From contig OX597839.1 in the NCBI GenBank assembly GCA_951406725.2, positions 5,208,001 to 5,272,000 on the forward strand: DNA of 64,000 nt, read 5' to 3'. The notes beneath the pieces were generated by a model, which saw only the letters and a program-made list of their open reading frames with translations, was not told where the DNA came from and did no database searches. Shown piece after piece: positions 14,016-27,220 of the stretch. Origin of the DNA: Octopus vulgaris. Lineage: Eukaryota. Numbering within the stretch: the first letter of the stretch is position 1; the number at the start of each line of letters is the position of its first letter. Made by a program: the position numbers and the translations under genes.

Positions 14016-14464
14016 TGACTATGTTTACGCGTGTACATCCCTATGTGTATGCTTCTGTATGATTATGTACGTTTATCACCGTTTATTTTTTCGCCTTCCA
14101 TATTTATTTAAATTTTTTTTCCACAAATTTCTTAGCCAGAACAAAAAAAGCGATTGAAATCAAAATATAAATATTCACAGGTAAAAATAAAAGAAAATGA
14201 ATTTTTTAAAAGAAAATTATAATATTAAGAAAAAACTCTTAGACCAAATAACTAAGAACAATATGAACGATATAAACAAGGAAACCAAGATAAAACAAAG
14301 GAGTTTATAACAATACAAAAAAAAAGAGTATTAATGTTAGTGTAATAAATATATCAGTAACGTTGCTGATAATAATAGCAGCAACGATAATAATAACAAT
14401 AATGATGATGGTGGTGGTGGTGGTGAAGATGATGATTATAGCAATAATAATAACAATAATAATT

Positions 14465-14495
<31 letters not shown>

Positions 14496-14611
14496 TAATA
14501 ATAATAATAATAATAATGATAATAATAATGATAATAACAATAATGATAATAATGATAATAATAGTGATAATAATAATAATAATGATAATAATAATGATAA
14601 TAATAATAATG

Positions 14612-14642
<31 letters not shown>

Positions 14643-14790
14643 TAATAATAATAATGATAATAATGATAATAATAGTAACAATAGTAATAATAATAATAAT
14701 GATAAGAATAATAATAATAATATAATAATAATAATGATAATAATGATAATAATAATAATAATGATGATGATAATGATAATAATAATGATG

Positions 14791-14888
<98 letters not shown>

Positions 14889-14937
14889 CATTATTATTAT
14901 AAGAAAAATTATGAGGATGGAGCTGGTGGTGGGGATA

Positions 14938-14969
<32 letters not shown>

Positions 14970-15145
14970 AATGAAAATAATAATGAATGCAACAATAATA
15001 ATATTGCTAATAAAAATAACAACAGTAGTTATACTCCTATTAATATTAATAATGGTAGTAAGATTAGTAATAATGAAAATAGTTATAAAAGATACTATTA
15101 ATGATACTAGTAGCAATAACAAGAACAACAACAACATATAATAAA

Positions 15146-15193
<48 letters not shown>

Positions 15194-15209
15194 GATGATG
15201 ATGATGATG

Positions 15210-15290
<81 letters not shown>

Positions 15291-15291
<1 letters not shown>

Positions 15292-15607
15292 GCGAGAGCT
15301 GTTCCTGTTATTGTGGGTGCCGTGGGTATGATAAGAAAGGGATGTCTGGAACAGCTAGGTAATATCCCAGGAGAACCATGTATCAGAGAAATCCAAATGA
15401 TTATGCTGACTTGTACTACCTACATCCATAGAAAAACACTATCAATTTAAATGTATATGTTGTATTACATGAAGATATTTCGCTACTGTCCGTGACACTT
15501 GCCCTCCTCAGGCTTTCAGTCATACTGTAACACCTCTTATCTTTCACTCACCCAAGGACGCTGGGTGTGTTTTGGTGAAAGATTGTAACAAGCATGCAGA
15601 TTAAAAG

Positions 15608-15610
<3 letters not shown>
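15291..15610 (+). mobile_element. Dong/R4-clade LINE 3' fragment (second family)
   Basis: Translates ARAVPVIVGAVGMIRKGCLEQLGNIPGEPCIREIQMIMLTCTTYIHRKTLSI*; flanked by pure (TAA)n on both sides. Confidence 0.82.
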
Positions 15611-15676
<66 letters not shown>

Positions 15677-15852
15677 TTGCCACAAGGGCAGCAATTTGGG
15701 GGAAGGGATGAGTCTATTATATCGACCCCAGTGTTCAACTGGTACTTACTTTATCGACTCCCGAAAGGATGAAAGGTAAAATCGATCTCTTCAGAATTTG
15801 AACTCACACCGTAGCAACGGGTGAAATACTGCTAAGCATTTCGTCCGGCGAA
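15677..15852 (-). mobile_element. older SINE family A copy
   Basis: tcgaccccagtgttcaactggtactt...cccgaaaggatgaaagg...gaatttgaactca. Confidence 0.8.
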
Positions 15853-15980
15853 TAATAATAATAATAATGATAATAATAATAGTAGTAGTAAAGTAGAAGT
15901 TAATGAAATAATGATGTTAAATATAAAAAAAAACAAAGAATTTTTCTCTTTCACTGCATTAATTTGTATCCTTAAAGAAT

Positions 15981-16041
<61 letters not shown>

Positions 16042-16091
16042 CATTATTATCATAATCCTCCTCCTTCTCATTATTATTGTTGTTGTTGTTA

Positions 16092-16143
<52 letters not shown>

Positions 16144-17074
16144 CATTATTATTGTTATTATTGATATTATTATCGGTAATATTAATAATATTGGTAACAT
16201 ACTCTGAAAGAAATTGAGAAAATAAATAAAACTGTTAAATTAAAATAAATCTAAAATGAAATAAAACGTAAAATGACATTATGGTGTAAATAAACAAAAG
16301 AAAAGCAAGAAATAAAAATAATATTTATTTTTAAAAATAATTCTAAAATCACAGCAATAACAACAACAACAACAACAACAACAACAGTCAATATGTAAAC
16401 TGTATAAAATTATAAAAATCAATGAAAGATTAAATGAATAACGTGGTGTGAAAAAGAATGAATAAGCGAGTGAAGACGGTTTATAATTTCATACAGAACG
16501 AAGGAGAAAAAAATTGAACGAAGAAAAATATTAATATAATTTACGTTAAAAAGAATACGAATATAACACAAAAACAATAGAAAAACAATATGAAAATTGA
16601 AATTGCTTAAAGAAGAAATATATATGAAAGTATATAAAAGATAACAAGTAGTGAAAAAAAAAGAAAGCAAAAGAATTTTAAAATAATATCGTTAAAAATG
16701 TTGAGTTTATATTTTTCATTCTTTTTTAAGCTTTTTTGGAAAACAAACAAAAAATTTTTTCCTATGGAGAGAAAAGAATAAATGAACATGGGAGAAAAAA
16801 AATTCTTGTAAAGCGATATGGAATCAAAGAAAGATCGATAAAATCTTGAAGAAGTGTCGATATAGATATTTTATTCATGAAGTTCAGCTTAGTCTACCTG
16901 CTTTGGCAATACTTCATTAAATATATTATGAGATTTTTAACGTAGACATGGGGCCTTCCTTTTTTTTTGTTTTTATTATAGATAAAAGCTATATAGACAT
17001 TCGAATAAACACCGCACGATATGACAGATAGTTGTTTTATTGCCGGAGTATAAGCTGAAGGGAAATAGATTGTG

Positions 17075-17250
17075 TAGTAAAAGGACGCATATATTATTTG
17101 TAAAAAAACTTACTTCCTAACTATATGGTTCCAGGTTCAATCTCATTGCCTGGCACCTTGGAATAGTGTCTTCTAATATAGCCGCGGGCCGATTAAAGCC
17201 TTGTCAGTCGATTTGGTAGATGGAAACGGAAAAGAAGCTGGTGTCGTATA
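17075..17250 (+). mobile_element. old SINE family B 5' half
   Basis: ggttccaggttcaatctc...ggcaccttggaatagtgtcttct...gatttggtagatggaaac. Confidence 0.7.
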
Positions 17251-17259
17251 GATATATTT

Positions 17260-17599
17260 AGTAGAAGACACTTGCCCAAGGTGCCACGCAGTGGGACTGA
17301 ACCCGGATACATGTGGTTGGTAAGCAAACTACTTACCTATTTCTTTATTACCCACAAGGGGCTAAACACAGAGGGGACAAACAAGGACAAACATAGGTAT
17401 TAAGTCGATTATAGCGACCCCAGTGCATAACTGGTACTTAATTTATCGACCCCGAAAGGATGAAAGGCAAAGTCGACCTCGGCGGAATTTGAACTCAGAA
17501 CATAAAGACAGTCGAAATACCGCTAAGCATTTCGCCCGGCGTGCTAATGATTCTGCCAGTTCGTTGCAAGCTACTTACCACACAGGCACTCCTGCGCCT
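17260..17599 (-). mobile_element. SINE family B head interrupted by a nested family A copy (17338-17565)
   Basis: 14-bp TSD gcaa(a/g)ctacttacc at 17324-17337 and 17566-17579; removing the insert restores the family B head. Confidence 0.9.
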
Positions 17600-17682
17600 A
17601 TAAACTATGTAAAGTGTATTTTCCTTTTTTAATTTCTTATATATATTCCCACTCACCACGTGGGGATAATTGCAATTCAAGA

Positions 17683-17890
17683 CAGCGGGATGGCCGAACC
17701 ATGAGCACGTCCAGCAAAATGCTTAGCGGCAGTTCGTCTATCTTTACGGTTTGGGTTCGAATTCTGCCGAGTCCGACTTTACCTTTCATTTTTTTAGGTT
17801 CCATAAATTAAGTAGCATTTGATCCCTGGGGTTAATGTAATCGACTTACCCTCCCAGATATTGCTGACCTCGAGTCAAAATTTAAGCCGA
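17683..17890 (+). mobile_element. old SINE family A copy
   Basis: aaatgcttagcggc...gggttcgaattctgccgag..gactttacctttca. Confidence 0.7.
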
Positions 17891-17984
17891 TAACAGAATA
17901 TCTTGTCTAACATACTCTTTTCTAACGTAGGTTCGAGTTTTGTTAGGCTGACTTTCGATAATAAGCGAAAAAATACAAATACCA

Positions 17985-18790
17985 GCATAAGGGGCCAAGT
18001 TGGGGGTTCATCCAAAGGGATTTGGAGAGAAATATTTCTTGATAAATTGCATAGGTCGTAGAACAGAGAGGCTCTTTTGGCAGAGCTGCTCTTCGCAGAA
18101 CAGCCACTTCACCGAATTGAGAGATCTCAGCTCTGATACTACGGACATGTGGCAAGAGTGGAGGCGCAATTGGCCCAGTGGTTAGGGCAGCGGACTCGCG
18201 GTCGTAGGCTCGCAGTTTCGATTACCAGACCGGGCGTTGTGAGTGTATATTGAGCGAAAACACCTAAAGCTCCACGAGGCTCCGGCAGGGGATGGTGGTG
18301 ATCCCTGCTGTACTCTTTCACCACAACTTTCTCTCACTCTTACTTCCTGTTTCTGTTGTACCTGTATTTCAAAGGGCCAGCCTTGTCACTCTCTGTGTCA
18401 CGCTGAATATCCCCGAGAATTACGTTAAGGGTACACGTGTCTGTGGAGTGCTCAGCCACTTACACGTTAATTTCACGAGCAGGCTGTTCCGTTGATCGGA
18501 TCAACCGGAACCCTCATCGTCGTAACCGACGGAGTGCTTCCAATGTGGCAAGAGGTCCACGGGAAAGAATCAGTGGAATCTTTTACGGGCAAGGACCACC
18601 CGATAGGGGACCCAGGGACAGACTACAAGGAAGATGATTGGGTAACGTCCATGACCTCGGTTGGGATCCAGCCGGATCGATTGGGGAGGGTTACTTTTGA
18701 CAGGACCTGATGGAAGGCGCCCCTGGGGAGTCTCTTTCCTACCACACGCTCTGGAATAAGTTGGTGAAGAAAATGGAGTGAGATGAGAAG
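17985..18790 (+). mobile_element. decayed RTE-clade LINE 3' region (Expander/Rex3-like), split by a SINE
   Basis: Translation gives RIERSQL*YYGHVAR.PRERI..., matching the recalled RTE C-terminal IERSQLRWLGHxxRMP motif; many stops and frameshifts. Confidence 0.65.
18159..18542 (+). mobile_element. SINE family C, tail type 2, full length
   Basis: 12-bp TSD atgtggcaagag at 18147-18158 and 18543-18554; homologous to 35815 and 54025. Confidence 0.93.
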
Positions 18791-19434
18791 GATTAAGTTT
18801 TCGTTTGAGTCCTTGGAGGTGCATAGATGATGAATTTGTTGACTGGTACAATATGGAACGATATCCTCTCTATGCAACGCTTAACAATTAAAATTACATT
18901 GATTTCTAGCTAACACAGGCTCAAATACACATTTTTTAATGATAGAAATCAAACACAATAAGCCGGCAAGCAAGTAAACAGTTTAATATAAACAGGTTTC
19001 AAGCAAGGTTTTAATTTCTTGGGAAATTACAGAAAGGAAAGAAAAAATATGAGAAGCCAACTTCAATGCCATAAATATCAACACAAGTTTTAATGGATTA
19101 CATTCGATAAAGCTACGCGGATGATTACATTAACAACCCTAATATTTAAAAGGTAGTTTACAGATCTCGTGTGAAAACTGATCAACATTTAGTCTTTGAT
19201 TTTTGCCTGAAATGAGAAGTCGGCCTCAGTGGAATTGGATCTCATAATATGAAAAAAAAAAAAGAAAAAAGCTAATTTTATAACGAATTTTCTGGGAACC
19301 CATTATCCATTCGGGACACATTACAATTAACATTAAAACCAGGTACTTGGAATGCAATCTCTTGTCCAATAACCTGAACGAAACAGTTTCATTAAAACTC
19401 AGTATCTTTTAAGATTGATTTAACATTCCGATAG

Positions 19435-19610
19435 AAGGCCATAAGTGGATTACACTGACACCAGTGTTCATCTGGTACTTAATTTATCAACCTCGAAAGA
19501 ATGAAAATAAAAGTTGAATCCGGTAGAATTTGAATCAGGACGTAAAGACGGACGAAATGCTGCTAAGCATTTTGTCCTGTGCGGTAAGGATTCTCCCAGC
19601 TAGCCACCTT
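19435..19610 (-). mobile_element. old SINE family A copy
   Basis: ctggtacttaatttatcaacctcgaaagaatgaaa...gctaagcattttg. Confidence 0.7.
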
Positions 19611-19674
19611 CAGTAAGTTTTAATAATGAGATCAGTGTCTTTTGAAATCGGCCTTTTTTTCCTTTTGTTGAGTA

Positions 19675-20020
19675 GAGTTGTGATTGCGTGTTAAGAACTT
19701 TGTTTCTCTACACGGTACCGGATTCAGTCCTACTGCTTGGCGCCTTAGACTAGTGTTTTCTACTATAGCCCCGGGCAGACCAAAGCCCTGTGAGTGTATT
19801 TGATTGATTGACGGAAATTGAAAGAAGCCCTTCGTATATATATATATATATATATATCTATGTGTGTGTGTGTGTGTGTGTGTTTGACAATCTGCGTTTG
19901 TGTGTTTACGTCTCCGTAACTTAGCGGTTCAACAACAGAGTTGGACTCGTTCTAGAAGAATTCTTCAAGGCTGTGCCCCAGCATCACAGCACTGAATTAA
20001 CTGAAATATGTAAATAATGA
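19675..20020 (+). mobile_element. old SINE family B copy
   Basis: tactatagccccgggcagaccaaagccctgtgagtg...cggaaattgaaagaagccc...cttagcggttc. Confidence 0.72.
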
Positions 20021-20215
20021 AATATCCAGCAGTAGCGTAATCAATGTCCGTTTATAATGACCTAATTTAACTTTTGAGCTTTACATTCATACAGAGTGAG
20101 CTGAATATTCTTTGACTTTCAACTCGATATATATTGAGAGAGAGAGAGAAACCGAATAATTCTGTATTCTTCATCAGTATAATCATCATCATATACATAC
20201 ATAGGAGTGTATGTA

Positions 20216-20639
20216 GGCGCAGGAGTGGCTGTGTGGTAAGTAGCTTGCTAACCAACCACATGGTTCCAGGTTCAGTCCCACTGCGTGGCACCTTGGGCAA
20301 GTGGATTCTGCTATAGCCCCGGGCCGACCAATGCCTTGTGAGTGGATTTGGTAGACGGAAACTGAAAGAAGCCTGTCGTATATATGTATATATGTATGTG
20401 TGTGTATATGTGTGTGTATGTGTTTGTGTGTCTGTGTTTGTCACCCTAGCATTGCTTGACAACCGATGCTGGTGTGTTTACGTCCCCGTCACCTAGTGGT
20501 TCGGCAAAAGAGACCGATAGAATAAGTACTGGGCTTACAAAAGAATAAGTCCCGGGGTCGATTTGCTCGACTAAAGGCGGTGCTCCAGCATGGCCGCAGT
20601 CAAATGACTGAAACAAGTAAAAGAGTAAAGAGTAAGAGT
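20216..20639 (+). mobile_element. SINE family B, full length
   Basis: ggcgcaggagtggctgtgtggtaag...ggcggtgctccagcatggccgcagtcaaatgactgaaacaagtaaaagagt. Confidence 0.93.
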
Positions 20640-20662
20640 ATACACGTAAAATAAAAAACATA

Positions 20663-20970
20663 AATGCGCCATTTTTAAAGCTTAGCCAGACTCATGGGCC
20701 CGGTTTCCCGGTTCCTATGGCGCAGTTCAAGCAGTTCCCATCAACGAAACAGTCTACTCGTGGAATTAACGCGCATGTGGTTGAGTACTCCACAGACATA
20801 CATACCTTTAACATAGTTGTCAGGGAGATTCAGCAAGACAGAGCTTGTCAAGGTTGGCCCTTTGCTTTGCATATAGAACTCAATTTTGCCAACTCACTGG
20901 ACTGCACTAAAATGAAATAAAGTATCTTGCTCAAGGATACAACGCGCTGCCTAGAATCGAACTCACGATC
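20663..20970 (-). mobile_element. older chimeric SINE (CORE-like + tail-2 domain + V-type tail)
   Basis: Shares gtggttgagtactccacagac...ggccctttg with family C tail 2 and ggaaccgggaaaccgggcccatgag with 21027. Confidence 0.65.
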
Positions 20971-21026
20971 TGTGTGTATTCTTCATCAGTATAATCATCA
21001 TCATATACATATATACACATAAAATT

Positions 21027-21241
21027 AAATGCACCCTTTTTAAAGCTTATCCAGACTCATGGGCCCGGCTTCCCGGTTCCTATGGGATATGTATTCCCCA
21101 GCTGGACGGGACGCCAGTCCATCGAAGCGTTACTCATTTTTGCTAGCTGAGTGGACTGGAGTAGCGTGAAATAAATCCAAGAATTGAAACCACAATCTTA
21201 CGATCATGATACTGACACCCTAACCACTAAGCCACGCGCCT
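21027..21241 (-). mobile_element. tRNA SINE with V-domain-like body
   Basis: Minus strand: ggcgcgtggcttagtggttaggg...cgatggactggcgtcccgtccag...gaaccgggaagccgggcccatgag. Confidence 0.75.
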
Positions 21242-21341
21242 ACACTGTATACGCATGCACGTATATAATTATATACATAGAAGTAAAGGCAAGGATAAGC
21301 AAGTTAGACTGATCAATATATAAGATATATTAAATGCATAG

Positions 21342-21571
21342 GGCGGCGAGCTGGCAGAAACGTTAGTACACCGGGCGAAGTGCGTAGTCGTATTTCGTCT
21401 GCCGTTACGTTCTGGGTTCAAATTCCGCCGAGGTCGACTTTGCCTTTCATCCTTTCGGGGTCGATAAATTAAGTACCAGTTACGCACTGGGGTCGATGCA
21501 ATCGACTTAATCCGTTTGCCTGTCCTTGTTTGTCCCCTCTATGTTTAGCCCCTTGTGGGTAGTAAAGAAAT
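21342..21571 (+). mobile_element. SINE family A, full length
   Basis: Near-consensus from the head to gtaaagaaat. Confidence 0.93.
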
Positions 21572-21729
21572 ATATATATATTAATGCTAATTTCGCGTAC
21601 ATATATGTATGTACGTGTGTATTTGTGTCTATGTTTGTCCCCCTTCACCGCTTGACAACAGGTGCTGGTGTGTTTACGTCGCAACGGTTGGTATTGAACA
21701 CAATAGCATTTCTCCTTCCGCACTAAGGA

Positions 21730-22275
21730 GCCACGCTGGTGAGACCCATATAGGAGTATGGGATTCAAGCCTCTTCTCCTTTTCTCCTCAAAGACATACA
21801 TCATCTCGAAAGAGTCCAGTAGCTGGCTACCCGCATGGTTCTTGGTCTCAAGTATTTGTCTTATGAAGAAAGGCTGAAGACGTTCGACCTTTATTCTCTC
21901 GAAAAATGACGACGCCGTGGTGATCTCATTCTCGCTCACAACATCATAAGCGGAAAGTGTATCCTCTCGAAAGAGCTGTTCTTCACTCCTGCTCCGGAGC
22001 GTGGGCTGCGGGGTCACTCCGAAAAGCTCTATCTGCGACGAGTTCATCTCAATCGAAGGAGAGGGGCTTTCTCCGTCCGGGTTGCGGATCCGCGGAATAA
22101 GCTGCCGGACGAGATAGTGAAGATGCCGACGACCGCTCGGTTCGAAGTCTCCCTTGACCAGAAATGGCCTGAACTCTTTGTATGACCACCCACCCTGTAC
22201 ATAACTCCCTGTCCCCCTACATGGCCTTGCTTTTGCTTTTTGAGCAAAATAAATATTGAATTGAATTGAATTGAA
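21730..22275 (+). mobile_element. CR1-clade LINE 3' fragment (family 2)
   Basis: Translates LVRPI*EYGIQASSPF...LSYEERLKTFDLYSLEK*RRRGDLILAHNII...LRGHSEKL...FSVRVADPRNKLP; 3'UTR ends in aataaa and (TTGAA)n. Confidence 0.88.
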
Positions 22276-22689
22276 CTCTTCAAGCGTTTCAAGTTGATGC
22301 GTTTACATACTAATGCACTGAGAAGTATATATTTTTAAACCGAATAGAATACATACATTACAATATAATCTGATCTAATTCTATGGAAATAAAGCCTAAA
22401 TTATTTCTTTCTCGCAGCTTTTGTCACTGAAATATATAGGAAGAAATTATATCTCGATCATAAATATTCATTTCATTATATTTGAATTATATTTCTTTTT
22501 TAATATTATACTGTATAATATGTCAAGATGAATATTTGTTTCTGGTGTTGCAAATCTATTCATTTTGATAGAGATTCCATCGTAATATGAATATGAGCTA
22601 TGTGCAGTATAAGGTATATATACGAGCAAACCGAACAAACTGTGTGGCAGCCGGTGACTCCGTCTCTATTAAAATTCGCTTTGCATCGT

Positions 22690-22815
22690 AAGCGTGGCTC
22701 CGTCGTAAAGAAACTCGTTCCAAATCACGTGATTCTGGATTCGGTTTATTGCCTGCGACCGCTTAATGAATTCCAAGCAATTGGGTAGACGGAAACTATG
22801 ATGGAATGCATACAC
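22690..22815 (+). mobile_element. old SINE family B head remnant
   Basis: cgtggctccgtcgtaaagaaactcg...ttgggtagacggaaact. Confidence 0.5.
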
Positions 22816-22922
22816 CCTTTGTCTGTCTGTCTGTCTGTCTCTCATTCTCATTCTCTCGCTCTCTGTCTCTCTCATTCTCATCCCCCCTCCCTCTCTCTCT
22901 CTCTCTCACTCTCTTTATATAT

Positions 22923-23057
22923 ATTTCTTTACTACCCACAAGGGGCTAAACACAGACGGGACAAACAATGACAGACAAAGGGATTAAGTCGATTACATCG
23001 ACCCTAGTGCGTAACTGGTACTTTATTTATCGACCCCGAAAGGATGAAAGGCAAAGT

Positions 23058-23060
<3 letters not shown>
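22923..23060 (-). mobile_element. SINE family A 3' half
   Basis: atttctttactacccacaaggggctaaacac...cccgaaaggatgaaaggcaaagtc. Confidence 0.88.
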
Positions 23061-23091
<31 letters not shown>

Positions 23092-23264
23092 GTATGTATG
23101 TGTGTGACTATATGTGTGTGTATGTGTGAGTGTGTATCTGTGTACGTGTGTATATGTGCATGTCTATCTTCTTGTGCGTTTAAATGAGTGTAGATATATA
23201 TATATATGTGTGTGTGTGTGTTTGCGCGTGTGTGATGCGGGTGTATGTGTATTTTGCCATTAAA

Positions 23265-23595
23265 CTACACAATTTCCAGAACGTGTCGACACTGCAAAGT
23301 TCCAAAGATCCCAGCGATACCCTCGCGCTTCAGGACCAGGTACTGCAACAGCATTGGTTTCAGGGGCCCACAACTTTTTAATGTGCTTCCAAAAAGCCTG
23401 ATGGACCTACGCAAGTAGATGTAGCTATTTTCTAGAGTCCCAGATGAACCTACCTCGCGGCAAGTGGGCAAAATGAGGGTAGCGACATCAAACTCCCTTA
23501 GTCACCAAATGCCACATATTACACGAAGCTCTCAACAATAACAGAATAGCAAAACGGCGGTTCTCCAACATGGCCACAGCTTTGAACTGAAACTA
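23265..23595 (+). mobile_element. CR1-clade LINE 3' fragment (family 1)
   Basis: KVPKIPAIPSRFRTRYCNSIGFRGPQLFNVLPKSL; tail ggcggttctccaacatggccacagctttgaactgaaac. Confidence 0.85.
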
Positions 23596-23679
23596 AAAAA
23601 TATAAATATATATATATATAGAAATATATATGTATATATATATATGTATATGTGTATATATATGTAAATATATAAGTTA

Positions 23680-23955
23680 GAATAACTTAGAAAGGTTTCG
23701 GCCAGTATTGGCCCAGGCCATGTCTAACTTAATACAACCACCTGGCGAAGTCTTTCAATTCAGGATTTGGGCACCAAGGCCCATTCGAAAAGAGAGTTAG
23801 TGTTTGCGGAGATATATCCGGGTGTGAGTGGTCTGTTCGGGACTGCTTGGAGGAATTTGTCCAAAGACTTCTTGAATTTTGTGTGGTCAGTTTCTGTTTT
23901 GACGAGCCCTGGTGTAATGTCGAAGAGAGCGGGGCCAACTGAGGTGCAATAATTG
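23680..23955 (-). mobile_element. CR1-clade LINE 3' fragment (family 3)
   Basis: GPALFDITPGLVKTETDHTKFKKSLDKFLQAVPNRPLTPGY..NTNSL; its 3' tail matches 57180-57254. Confidence 0.8.
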
Positions 23956-24104
23956 TACCGTATTGTTGTTATGAGATGCGTGTAAACATATAAAACTGTG
24001 TAAATAAAAGAATATTGCACAATTCCGGTTTCTTTTGGGTACCCCTCCCCCGTGTATGTGTATTTATATACATATGCATATATATGTAAATGTAAATATA
24101 TATA

Positions 24105-24298
24105 TAAATAACGGGAAGCTTCATGAAAATAAGCAAAAGACGAAGGCAGGTGGAGTACAAACAAACAATTATGTTAGTATGGCGCTCAGGAATATAAATA
24201 AAGCAAGTCTTTTACGTTTCGAGCCTACGCTCTTCAACAGAAAGATACACAGAAAATAAACACAGAAAGAAACAGGGAGAGAAAAAAAATGCGTGCAG
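24105..24298 (-). mobile_element. Penelope-like pseudo-LTR fragment
   Basis: Near-identical to 41958-42130 and related to 42195 and 51450; carries a minimal hammerhead motif. Confidence 0.72.
24208..24245 (-). ncRNA. minimal type I hammerhead ribozyme-like motif (A6 variant)
   Basis: ucuuu-CUGuUGA-a-GAGC guag GCUC-GAAACGUA-aaaga: stems I and II pair, stem III is the palindrome ACGU. Confidence 0.62.
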
Positions 24299-24333
<35 letters not shown>

Positions 24334-24571
24334 GGTATATACATACATATATATATATATGTGTGTGTGTGTATATATATATATGTATATATATATATGT
24401 ATGTATATATACATACATATATATGTATGTATGCATGTAGTGCTTATAGTCACAAAGACACACACATATACACAATTAGGAGCTGCAAACTACATTCAGT
24501 AATTAGTGAGCTGGTTTCTTTTTTAAATTATATATACATGTGCGTGTGTGTGTGTATTTTATTTCCCTCTC

Positions 24572-24603
<32 letters not shown>

Positions 24604-25035
24604 CGTATATATGCATACATATATGTACATGCATATATATACATATATATATGCATATATATATATATATATATATGCATATATATATATATATATGTAG
24701 ATATATATATATATGCATGTATTTATATTCCATTATGAACTAAGAGCTATAAGGCATGCTTTAATAAATACACAGAAAATGATGTAAAAAAATAAGAACA
24801 CTTCTCTCACACACGTAGTTTCTGGGTGTTATACAATTATAGTTACCTTTAATGTATATATATAAACCACATACATTGATCTAAAATATATATATATACG
24901 TTCAGACTCAAGTAGCATTCCATAATTAGCCGAGAAAAGAAAAATTATGAAGAGAATGTGACGACAATAATATTTAGAAAAATATGATGAAACAATGGAA
25001 ATGTGCAGTATATTCGATAGTACGTTTTTGTGTGC

Positions 25036-25084
<49 letters not shown>

Positions 25085-25705
25085 CACAATAAAATTGCCT
25101 GCATGCATTTGTGTGGATATGTGTAAAAAAAATATACACTTTAAGTGTGTGAATGTATACAATTATTGTTTTGTATTAATATGTATACGCATATATGCAT
25201 TAGAATACACACATTCTTCAATATGTATATACATACTAATTATGTGTATATATATATGTGTGTGTGTTTGTGTGTGTGTATACATATACACATACAAGCA
25301 TATACGTAAATGTGTGTGCATATATATGCATATATAGATATATATATATACATACATACTGAGATATGCATGCATACACACAAACAAATATACAAATGTA
25401 TATGTGTGTGTGTGTATGCATATATATTGGGGTGTGTGTGTATGTATCCATTTATATTAGCGGATATAAATACACACATACACACACAGGCACACACACA
25501 CAGGTATACACACACAGAGCCACACACACACAAGCATGTAAAAATAGACAAAGTGAGACTTTTTATTTATATTATAAACAGTAAATGCAAGTCATTTTAT
25601 GCATGTATATACATACAGATACAGTAACATATGCACAGAATCACATACATATTTACACACACACACGCGCTTATACATACATGCATACATACATACATAC
25701 ATACA

Positions 25706-25741
<36 letters not shown>

Positions 25742-26012
25742 TATATGTGTGTGTGTGTGTATGTGTGTGTGTGTGTGTGTAGGTGTATGCATACATATAT
25801 GTATATTTATGAATATATATATCTGTATATGTATGCATATATATATATGTATATGTATGCATATATACATGTATATGTATGTATATATATATATATATAT
25901 ATATATGCATATGTATGTATATATATGTATATCTATACACACATATATGTATATATGTAGATATATATGTATATGTGTATATAGATATATACATACATAT
26001 ATAAATATATAC

Positions 26013-26047
<35 letters not shown>

Positions 26048-26060
26048 TATATAAATATAT

Positions 26061-26158
<98 letters not shown>

Positions 26159-26159
26159 G

Positions 26160-26216
<57 letters not shown>

Positions 26217-26506
26217 GTATATATATATATGAGCACTCAGTGATGTAATGGTGTGACGATAAAAACGACATACTGTAAATCATTGAAGAACACTTAAATC
26301 GTTAATGTTTCGTCACCATTTTTCTTTTGTGCCGTTTTTAAAAGGAGAGCAAAAATATTCGCTGCAGCCTTCCTCGGGCTACTGAATGTGGAAAACAAGC
26401 TTAAACAAATACGTAGTGTGAGCAAATATTAGTTGAAAACACGAGGAGGAATAAGAGGAAAAAGAGCAGGAACTAACAAAAAAAAAAAATGCATGCAACC
26501 TTACGA

Positions 26507-26507
<1 letters not shown>

Positions 26508-26559
<52 letters not shown>

Positions 26560-26606
26560 CGCTGCTGTTGTTACTACGATTGCGAGCACCACCGTTACCG
26601 CCATTT

Positions 26607-26672
<66 letters not shown>

Positions 26673-26675
26673 ACG

Positions 26676-26714
<39 letters not shown>

Positions 26715-26718
26715 AAAG

Positions 26719-26762
<44 letters not shown>

Positions 26763-26828
26763 AAGCTACTACTACTACTAAAGCTACTACTACTACTACT
26801 ACTACTAATACTGCTGCTACTACTACTG

Positions 26829-26884
<56 letters not shown>

Positions 26885-26986
26885 GCTACTACTACTACTA
26901 CTACTACTATTACTACCATAGCTGCTGCTGCTACTCCTGCACCTTCACTACCACTACTTCTCTTACTACTCCTAATATTGCTGCTG

Positions 26987-27037
<51 letters not shown>

Positions 27038-27055
27038 TTACTACTACTACTACTG
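26508..27055. repeat. (ACT)n microsatellite
   Basis: Read directly. Confidence 0.95.
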
Positions 27056-27173
27056 CAACCATTGCCGGTGTTGCTGCTGCTACTTCTACTAATTATGATG
27101 TTTCTTTCACCTTATCACACATTTTCTTTGGTTCAATACAAACTGTATGAAGCAATCAAATAACAATTACACT

Positions 27174-27220
<47 letters not shown>

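Larger units (their letters stand above)
14365..16190. repeat. (AAT)n/(GAT)n/(ATT)n compound microsatellite block
   Basis: Read directly; interrupted by Dong/R4 and SINE fragments. Confidence 0.95.

Noticed and set aside
26489-27163. Mucin-like poly-Thr ORF
   Set aside because: Single-codon (ACT)n microsatellite that shifts into poly-Leu; no splice or domain support.
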